Assembly: GCA_973895155.1 (NCBI GenBank)
Contig: OZ316894.1
Span: forward strand, 11,882,828 to 11,946,827
DNA from: Marsupella aquatica
Lineage: Eukaryota; Plantae; Marchantiophyta
DNA length: 64,000 nt
Direction of reading: 5' to 3'
Shown here: positions 12,506-21,831 of the stretch, one piece after another
How the letters are laid out: each line of letters starts with the position of its first letter
Position numbering within the stretch: position 1 is the first letter of the stretch
Position numbers and translations under genes: made by a program
The notes under the pieces: model-generated
Seen by the model: the letters and a program-made list of their open reading frames with translations, nothing else
Databases searched by the model: none
What the model was told of the DNA's origin: nothing

Positions 12506-13465
12506 TTTAAGATCATCCAACCCAAAAACACTCAATTCACGATAATGAATGACGTCTTCGAATGTACACAATGGTATTCATAGTGAATAATCCATTTGTC
12601 AGAGCCGTTATAATACGACAGAAACACTACCGGTCAAAAGCACATCTGACACAATAAATGTTTTTTGTCATTATGTCAACGACATTTACACTAATGAGCC
12701 TAAGATGTCCGTTTCCAAAGAGCATAATCATGATAATTAAATCATGTTAATTGAGTAGCGCCCGGCGCTACTCAAACATCCTACCTTCAACATGGACCCA
12801 AAATGGTGAAATATATGAGTAGCGCCAGGCGCTACTCAAACACACACCGTAAATTATGGTATAAAACTGGAATGTTTTATCCGGGGTTTCAGAATAAATA
12901 CTAAATGTTTGTAGCTAATTTTTTTAATATTATCTAAAATATTACCAAAATGTGCCCATTTAATATTAGCGCCGGGCGCTAATCCAAAACGGTAATCATG
13001 ACATTCATTTATGGAAAAATATTCAAAAATTGTATTCATTTGGCTTTTTATTGTATACTTGAGGGTGAATGTTGACCTAACTTTGGGAAATTTTATGGTT
13101 TAAATTGTGATGATTTTGAGTAGCGCCTGGCGCTACTATTGACCAATATCAGATTTGAACTAGGAATATATATTAAATTCAACGAACTGTTCTTTAACGG
13201 TCATATTCAACGGTAACGTTAGGTCGCGTAACGTCGAAGATATGCCAACGGTATTCGAACAACTAATCCAGAATTGACAAGTGGCGCTCAAGAGATAGAT
13301 ATCAAAGTAGCAAGGGGATAGTTTAGAGATGATACTCTCCCCCCCTCCCTTGTCCACTGTATTTAGGTTCCGTTTCGGAGGTTCTTCGTGCAAGAATTCT
13401 CTAGAAGAAGTACGGTACAAATGAGGTACTCATCACGATCGTGAAGCACTTCGTGTCTGAGAAAC
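12506..13465. promoter_or_regulatory. Bidirectional promoter region of element B
   Basis: Lies between the divergent ATGs. AT-rich, with 4 palindromes and an AACGG cluster at 13196-13251. Confidence 0.5.
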
Positions 13466-16400
13466 ATGGACCTTCTCCCCACTACCTCGCATGGGTATAG
13501 TGTTAACGGGCAGGGAGAGCAGATCCATTCGCAGACATCCGAGTGCTCGTTTTCTAGATCTGTTTACAGTCGTCGAGTGACACGGTCTACAGCATCCCAA
13601 GCTCCCGAAACAGTCTCTGTAGTCACATTTCCGAAGAGCAGGAGAGCGAAGATGGACGATCTCGACACATATGCTGTGGAAGATCGAGGAGAAATGTCGC
13701 TGACGATGTCCGACGTTATCTCCAAGCATGTTATGGTGTTTGGCAAAGATTTTCGAGGGCACGACAAAGACCCCCCAAGGATTCCAATGTGCCGCTTGGT
13801 TCACATGGAAGTTGTCCGCACCTTACAGAAGGGAAGTCCTTCAATTGAAAAGTTGAAGGACTCTTTTCGTAGCACAGGATACAACTCAAAAATCGGAATG
13901 TTGTTCTATGTCCAGCCGACAGATTCGAATGGGAATGTCCAGACGTGTACTCCAGAAATTCGAGCTTCCTGGGACCCGATGTGGGTGGCCGAGAACGAGA
14001 AGTTTGAAGCTGAATGTGCGGCCGATCCAGACTTCATGGTGTTACAAGATAAGATGTTTTACGTTTTTTACGGTAACCATCAACTTTACGCATGGTCGAT
14101 CGTTACGAAAGAAAATCCGGAAGATATCAAGTATCACCCGCGTGTGCAATGTACTATCTTCAAGGGTGAAAAGGGATCTTTGATTGAGATTGAGGCGGCT
14201 ATGCATACTGTGAACCAGTAAGTCTCTCGTTGAATTTCACTTATCCTTATCTTTTATAGTGTAGTTTTTACTAGCGCCTGGCGCTATTGACTGACAAATT
14301 CTTCTGTAGACTTGGACAGGCCGTGGTGAAACCTTCCTGGATACTTGATGCAGACCGAATTAAGAGGATTTTGTCCAACGATCTAGAATACTACAAATCA
14401 ATCATCAATGGGGCAAACTTCAAGAAGTTTGGGCAGGTGATGCAGAAGACTCGAAAAGGATCGTGGTATTCCAAGAAAATGCCTCAAGAAGCACTTCTGT
14501 ATATCTTATGCAAGAATAAGATTAAATCCTATTCTCGACAATTCAAGATGGACATGGAGTCGGCTACCGCTCAGGGAAATCCTTGGTCTCAGGAAGAGAC
14601 ATCCAAACGACATGCGGTCATGATGAAAGAAGCAATGAAGGATTGAGCAATCAAGGTCTCAAAGATCACTCCCTTGTTGAGTCCAGAGTTTGAAGACTTC
14701 ATGACAACCTGTGCTGAGATGTATCCGATGACCGAGGTGAACAAACGCGAGAAGAAACCGGATGCGGTTGTCTGTACCATGGATCGTGCCAGGTTATTTA
14801 CAGCAGTCTCCGCACTCGACCCCAAATTGAGGAGCACTTTGTTAGTAGCGCATTGCACGCCAGAGCTCAGGAAGCAGTTCTTTCATCCACAAAGTGTTAG
14901 TGATGACCCTGTGAAGCAGTGGTGCCACACTTGGCAAACTTGGAATAGCGTGGAGGGAATTGCTATTGGTATGCTGCAGACTGCCCTCCAGCAAATCAGT
15001 GAAATAATTCCTTCCAATCGATTGGAGGAATGGAAGTGTGAGTCTTATGATTCACTCGTTGAAATAGTGTGCAATGATTTCAAAAAATTTGGGGATGCAG
15101 TGAAAGGTAAGTTTTTCAATACGATGTGGATGTCCAAGTACCCAGACAAGGAAGACTACACACTCAAGAATCAAAAGCGAGCGAAACGATATGTCTATCG
15201 TTTCTTCATGCACATGGAGATTGTGAAGCCTGACTGTTTTTGGGCTTACCCAGCCGCTTTCCAGAATTGGGTCATCTGCGCAGATGGAGACATTTTGGCC
15301 GAACTGTATTCGATGTATCCGGCTGAGGGTATACTTCCACCGAGGAAATTGTCAGAGTGGGAGAGAATTCACTGCCCTTGGTATCTTGACACCGACAGAT
15401 GGGATTCTCCTTTTGACGACACTAAGAAGGATGCTTTCCATAAACTGTCTAAATCCCAAGTTCCGAGACAATTTGTCTCCGACATGAAGGAAGGAATTGA
15501 GGGGGAAGTCAACTCGTCGACGACTGAGTTGCAAAAAAAATGCGAAACCACAGTGGTTCATGTTGATCGAAGCCGAAAACCAAGAGCCAAAGCCAAGGCG
15601 GATGCCCCTGTGGCAAGTGCTAGTGCCAAGTCTGGGAAAAAACGTAAGCTACACCTCCTTTTTCCGACTTCCTTCTTTGTTTTCTGTGCTTGACACCATT
15701 TTGGGTAGGTGGTCGAAAATCTGATGCCGCCACGGATGACACAAAAGTCGATGCAACACCAGAAGTCTCTGAGGCCAACACTGGTGCCAATCCAGACCCC
15801 ATCACCCCTGTTGAGAAGGGGAAGGTTATAGTTCCTGTGGATGCTACAAGCACAAAGAAGAAGAAGAAAAGGACCGTCGATGTCTGGGAATCTTCTCGAG
15901 ATAATGCTTCTGGGGCCGGTATCCAACGGGATGTGGGGACTTTCAAGACCAAACTCGGAAGACACTGTATGGTTGAATCAAGCTTGGCAGAATTTATTGA
16001 TAGTGCATTTAGTAAGGAAGAGAAGCCAGATTGGGTTTCAGACGCTGAGAAGTGGGGTAAGGATTTGATCAAATCGGGGTGTAGAGATAAAGGAATCATT
16101 CGAGGTGGGAAGGAACGATCATTTGGGGTGAATGCGGGTTTCATCTATCTCCCAACTGGTTTGAAACCCACAATTGTTGACCGTCGGGTCCCGAAATGGA
16201 ATGTCACAGATCACACAACAGCCGAATCATTCTTTCAGGCGATGGACCCTTTCCTTTCCGATGACGGAATGCTTGCTATCTTATACTCGGATGACCACGA
16301 TCAGATTTCCCAGGTCATTTCTGCATGTCAGCAATCCAAGAAGTTCATGTGCATCAATACGCACAACGTTTTCATGTCTGTCCCAATGTACAGATCCAAG

Positions 16401-17525
16401 ACAGATGTCCAGGTAAATATTCTCTCTCAGTATAGCTATACTAGCGCCCGGCGCTACTCTTTATTTCTTAGGAGGTCTTCTCTCATGAGTAAAAGATTTT
16501 TGAAATCCAGTTGGTTCGTCAACTTTTGCAGGTCTTCACTCTTAGACTGGACATATTTTGTCGAGTTTCTTTTAAAGGAAAGGTCCCAAAGGATCCAAGA
16601 TTCAAGCCATTATCTAGCGCTGAAGATCCTTCAATCTCGAACCTTATTGGGCTACAATCTTTGAAGGAAGATCATTGTCCTGAACTCCATTTTACTGGAA
16701 TTCCCGACTGCCGGTTGGTTTTATGCAAACTGTCCTTGAACTCTTTACAATACCTAAGGATATTGTAATTGATTGGACCGTCGGCTCAGGTAGTACGTTC
16801 ATTGCTGGGGATTACTCGGGCCGTTTTGTCATCGGGTTAGAAAATCGTCGGGAGTTTGTTGAGACCGCTTCGAGGATTTTTTTGGACCTCATTTCTCCAA
16901 AACCTTTGGAGACACAACCTCCCCCTCCTCAAATAACCGGACGAAAAAAGAAAGATAGACTTAGATCTGTCCTCAACTTTGATTCGGACGAAGATGATGG
17001 GACGCCAGAAGATGATGTTCCTGAGGATGTCAATGACGGCGGGAAAGAGAAAACCCGACATGATGGGTCAACGGAGGACAGTGAAGAGTCTTCCGAGTAA
17101 TTTTCGTCTCTCGTAAGCTCCTTTATCCTTTCAATTGTTGGCTAATCTTCAATTCCGCCAGTTCTATCGGTTAAGTACTTACTTCCTCTTTCTCTTCTAC
17201 TTCTCTTTTGAGCAGGTCAGAATGGAACCAAAGAAAATGGTTTCAACTCCGGAGGAAAGTGGCTCGAAATGTAATCATCACTCCCGAGAAGCCGTTTGTA
17301 TTGCCATCATACGCTGAGAACGTCGCGAGGAAGGTAGAGAAATTTAGAACTCTCTTCTGGGAAACAAAAGGACTTAGGCTTCTTAGGGGAGTAGACAGGA
17401 AGTTCATGAGGAACCCCTACGTAGATGATGTTTCTAGAAGCAAGTATATTGATGATGAGGCAGAGTCGACCGACAGATCTCATAGCTCCCAGAATGAGAG
17501 CTCAGAATCTGACTCTGAAGGGTAG
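13466..17525 (+). pseudogene. ParB/Srx domain + helical region + beta-class N6A/N4C DNA-methyltransferase-like fusion (5 exons), one stop and one frameshift
   Basis: Exons are 13466-14217, 14310-15643, 15709-16412, 16532-17096 and 17216-17525, joined by phase-compatible GT-AG introns. The ParB motif is VFYGNHQLYAW (FDGNHR in A). MTase motif X/I region: RLPVGFMQTVLELFTIPKDIVIDWTVGSGSTFIAGDYSGRFVIGLE. Motif IV-VI-like: GFIYLPTG...FLSDDGMLAILY. TGA at 14644-14646 replaces the Trp seen in A, and there is a frameshift near 16690. Confidence 0.75.
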
Positions 17526-20500
17526 CAATTTTCTCCTCTCTCAGGTCAAACTTCCTCCCAATTGTACGAGTATGCCCTTGGTTTTTGTTAGCGCCGGGCG
17601 CTATTGAATTTATTAAAAATGAATTGAGTTTTAGGGATGTTGCCCCTTCCTTTCAATGGTTAATGTGGTCTTGAGTACTGTCCTTTGTGTGGGTTCCTCG
17701 GCTTGGTTAATTGGCGCCCGCCGCTACCCAAAAAACACGTCGGAAGCTTCCGTTTGTTATTTGTCATTTCCGCCCTAGTGTCATTTGGCTTTCACTTGAA
17801 GACTGGTACCGACAAGAGGACCTGTAACGATAAATCCAAGCCCCTTATTGACATACTATTGTTTCTTTCAAAGTCCATTTCTCTCATTTTTCTCCTTCTC
17901 GATTCCATGGAAGGCCAATTTATCGACGGCCCACGAGAGCATATGTCAACTTCCGATTAGATGGTTTCCACCAAGATCCAGATTGTCAGGACTCTAGGAT
18001 TGATGATGAATGTCACTCTTCGAGATAGGACATTGTACGAGGAGGCACCCACCGGGAGTGTTAGCGCCTGGCGCTAGTTACAATTGTTCTGGAAACTTTA
18101 GTGTTCCTAAGTAGAAATATTTGTACACCGAGGACAATATGTTTCACTTAAATAAAAAATCTCGGGTTTCTTTTCTTTCAATTTCCCTTTAGAAGTTATG
18201 ACTCAGATACCTTGGTTAAGTCCTACTTCTGTGCTTTGATATTGAACTTAGACTATTATTAATGTTTGGTTTCTACTTGGATCTCAGCCTGAACATCAAT
18301 CCTAGGTTCTCGTGATTTTCTGCACAAAGAATTGGAAGCGGCCGGCTCTAGTATTCGGCATGTTTGGGCGATTAATGTGTCATTATTTTGGGTTTGAACG
18401 CCCGGCGCTAGTATTCGGCATGATGCGTTTGTGATTATTTTTCCTGTAGACTCCCGGCGCTAATATTCGGCATCGCATAATTATCAGTATTTTAGGAACG
18501 GATTTTTTTAATTTTGTCACAATACCAGGAGAAATGTGCTCCCAAAACAGGAAATTTTGCTGTTACCAGTTCCTGTTATATTTTGCTGTTTGCTGTTTAC
18601 TGCCTTTTGTAAACACCTCGGTTTGTCTCAGAGATACATGGAGTGGGAGAGGCAGAGCAAGATTATAGGTGGGCATGAAAAACAGCAGGATTCTAGGAAC
18701 TTTGGAAAGATTTCCATCCATTCTCATTCTCCCATAGAGGAAGTGATTCAGGGTGCCAATGTTTTGAAAAATACCAGGGCATCCAGCCAACCTGCCTCAC
18801 CTCAACTCTCTTCTTCACCGAGACTGTCCTCACCCAAGCTTAATGATGGCTCAAAGTGGCTGCGTGCTGTCTCCAGTCAAGCAAACACAGCAAATTTCAA
18901 GCAAGTTCATACACAGTAATCGAAGCATGTACTCCTTAATTAGTTTAGACGGGCCACGGAAAGATCTACCTCTTGTTGTACATGCCTGGGTAGAAGAAAA
19001 TCTCCAAAAATGCTTAAGCTAATTGAAACAATGACTGATGTTGAGGTCTAACATTCCTAGGCCCAATGAACAAAGGTGAGGCTGGAGGGTGATGATAGAT
19101 CCATACATATGATCCACTGGTTTGCTACTGTTTTTGCTGTGATAAACTTGGGATTGCGCCAATGCAAAACCATCAGGAAATGAACGATGGCCTCCTGCGA
19201 CAAGTTTAACCTGCGGCAAGTATAAGTGCTTGAATGCCATCGAGAAATTAATTGTGCTTCCAGGATCGACAATTCTTGGAGGGCAAAGAGTTTTGAATGT
19301 CTGCTCTGCATATGAACTACGTTGTCGAGCCCAAATCTGGCAAGTGCTTTAATCCAGCCAGTCATGTGAGTGAGCGTAATCCCCTGAGCTGTGATGGGAG
19401 TTGCAACCGGTCGATGTGCCACCCAAATTAAAAGCATTTCAAATTGGTGAACGTAGGATTCAAAAGCTTGTAGGATTCAAAATCTTCACAGGATTCAAAA
19501 GCTTCAATTGCGGGATTCAAAAGGCCAAGATCATTGCAATGCTCCTCCCTTGGCGCCAGTCCTCTCTGAGAAAGCTTTCATGCATTGGGTATCCGTATCG
19601 TACGTGCCGTTTCTTTTCAAGACTGGCAAGAACGAACAGACTTTTCCTTACAGGCAACTACGATGCAACTAATCTCAACCGTATGTTCTGAGACTGGGTA
19701 GCCAAGCAAAGAATCGGGCAGGTGCCAACTAGAACCTTTTTGACAAAGGCTTAAGGGCCTCATTTGTGTTCAAAATGCTTCTAATGATAGACGTTCAAAG
19801 AGGAAGCAAAACATTGCTCCAGCCCAAGAGAAAATTGCCCAAACAAAAAAGATGACCAAAAACAAAACCAAGGTAAGACAAATAATTACTTACCTTGGTA
19901 CTCGCTGGCCATAATATATAGGGACTAAACACATGAATGACTTTATACCCCGCTTTATACTTATTTCAGCCTTACAATTGTAGGATTCATCTGAACAAGC
20001 AGAGGATGTTGATGCTCAACCAGGACCAACGGGAGGCAACGCTATCGATACTGAGGGTACTGCCCTTCCACCGAATGTGTCTACATGCAATCCCATCAGG
20101 AGAGGTGACTGCACTGGTAGGGGTGACCACACCTCCTTTAATTGATTTTGGTGGCTATGATTCATTGGTAAGATACGTGTGTTTGCTAATTGCTTTTATA
20201 TGTGAATTTGCAGGAGTACTAGAAACCACCTGATGTGCAACCAGACTCATATGCAAGTAGACGTTGGACTAAGTTGATAGTTCATGGGCCATTGCGCAAA
20301 GTGAATTTGTAATCCCGGGGTTTGTATCACAAGAGGTCATTGTGCAGGAGATTGACATTTTGGCTTCCTTGCACGCATCAAAAATCACCAAGACTGTAGC
20401 CAGGCTGATGTTAGCTCTTTCCACAAGGCAATTGATATAATCATGAGTAATGTGGATGAAAATTAGGGTACAATACAATTAGCAATATCTGACGGATAGT

Positions 20501-20844
20501 TTAGGGTATCTAGCCCTGTTTTGTCACCAATTTGTTTGTGATAATAAATATGAAATGTTGTTTCATTTCTTGCTCTCTTTGAAGACTGTATAGCATGATC
20601 TGTTCAGGGATATGTTCCAAAAATGGTCAGAGTAGACAAGAATGCACAAACCATGATTGGATGGTATACATGCCACACAATGTATTTATTACTCACACTT
20701 CAGAAATGGTATTCATGACTCCGCAACCTACAAATGGACAAACCATTTTTACCTTGGATACATAGTGGACATTGTATTCAAAGATTGCACTTAAACAAAG
20801 TCAGGACTCCCCTGCCTTACATACAGGCAGCAAGGCTTGCTATA

Positions 20845-21530
20845 ATGGACAAAACCAAAACCTGTTCAACATAGAACGATATATGTGTGTTTTGCATACA
20901 ATATGCATGTTGTATTCACATTCCCCCCATCTTTACAACGAAGACACCCCCCTGCCGAAGCCTTCCCAAATGGACAAAACTTATCGTATTATAACACAGA
21001 AATATGATTTGTCATGTATACGCTTTGCACGTTGTATTCAGATTTTACACTTAGAATATTTTTTTTGTCCCTCTGACTTTACGAAGACACACCCCCGCCG
21101 AAGGCTGCCCAAATGGACAAAACCTTTTGTATTTCAACATAGAAATATGATTTGTCATGTATACACTTTGCACGCTGTATTTAGATTTCGCACTTAGAAA
21201 AAAACTTTGTTCCTCCAACTTTACGAAGACGCCCCCCGCCGAAGCCTGCCCAAATGGACAAAACCTATAATTGTATATTACACACATATATGATTTGTCA
21301 TGTATACACTTTGTACGTTGTATTCGGATTTCACACTTAGAAAAAAACTTTGTCCCTCCGACTTTACGAAGACTCCCCCCGCCGAAGCCTGCCCAAATAA
21401 TCAAAACCTTTTGTTATTACAACACAAAGATATGATTTGTCATGTGTACACTTTGCACGTTGTATTCGGATTTCACACTCAGAATTTTGTCCCTCCGATT
21501 TTACAAAAATGCCCCCCCCCCCCGCCAAAG
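20845..21530. repeat. Tandem repeat, ~143-bp unit, ~4.5 copies
   Basis: The unit TTACGAAGAC-CCCCCGCCGAAG-CTGCCCAAATGGACAAAACC...ATGATTTGTCATGTATACACTTTGCACGTTGTATT recurs at about 20935, 21079, 21221, 21364 and 21500. Confidence 0.9.
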
Positions 21531-21729
21531 TGACGGTTCATGTTTGTATGCATTGTGGTCAATGTATACATTGCGGGATACATTGATTCACTCGGAACTG
21601 CGATCATAGTCGACCGCATTCGGCGACGCGGTCGGACACTGAAGAATAGTAGAACATGCTGCGTTTTACAGTGACAATCTCACGTTATAAGAACTTCACA
21701 ATGTGTTAGAAGAACATCTCACACGAAAT

Positions 21730-21831
21730 GGCACCTCTGGTGGGCCCAGAGGTCCATTGGGAGGGCGTGTGCAACTTTTGGTCCATTAAGAAAAAAAAGT
21801 TGCATTTGGAGGTCCACTAAGTATATCTCTC
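21730..21831. mobile_element. Possible Mutator-type TIR end
   Basis: Three GGTCCA(T/C)T subrepeats and an internal inverted pair TGCAACTTTT/AAAAGTTGCA, ending in ...TATATCTCTC. No partner TIR seen in the window. Confidence 0.3.

Larger units (their letters stand above)
8460..18462. repeat. Dispersed 15-bp palindrome TAGCGCC-N-GGCGCTA (element B)
   Basis: Copies start at 8460, 8569, 10259 (intron), 10372 (intron), 12756, 12820, 12967, 13121, 14272 (intron), 16442 (intron), 17589 and 18062. Degenerate copies start at 17712, 18336, 18396 and 18447. Confidence 0.95.
8103..18596. mobile_element. Element B: ~10.5-kb Mutator-like (GCM-DDE-SWIM) transposon carrying a ParB-methyltransferase gene
   Basis: 11-bp inverted ends: ACAGCAAACAG (8103-8113) and CTGTTTGCTGT (18586-18596). 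TGCTGTTACCAG occurs near both ends. Two divergent spliced genes. About 16 TAGCGCC-N-GGCGCTA sites, all between 8460 and 18462. No TSD seen. Confidence 0.75.

Noticed and set aside
8460-18462. Palindromic repeats as a CRISPR array or rho-independent terminators
   Set aside because: Spacing is irregular (50 bp to kb), the repeats are only 15 bp, there are no cas genes or consistent U-tails, and the context is eukaryotic and spliced.
1-18596. Elements A and B as a recent inverted segmental duplication
   Set aside because: Similarity is evident at the protein level only; non-coding DNA and the motifs differ.
18597-19800. Host gene interrupted by element B (joined frame ...GYSDG|VTAFCKHLG...) and ORFs 18536-18919 and 19057-19437
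   Set aside because: A stop lies ~15 codons upstream of the junction and there is no recognisable domain, so the evidence is insufficient.
20845-21530. Tandem array as CRISPR or as coding ORFs
   Set aside because: The whole unit repeats with no unique spacers; the ORFs are by-products of the repeat.
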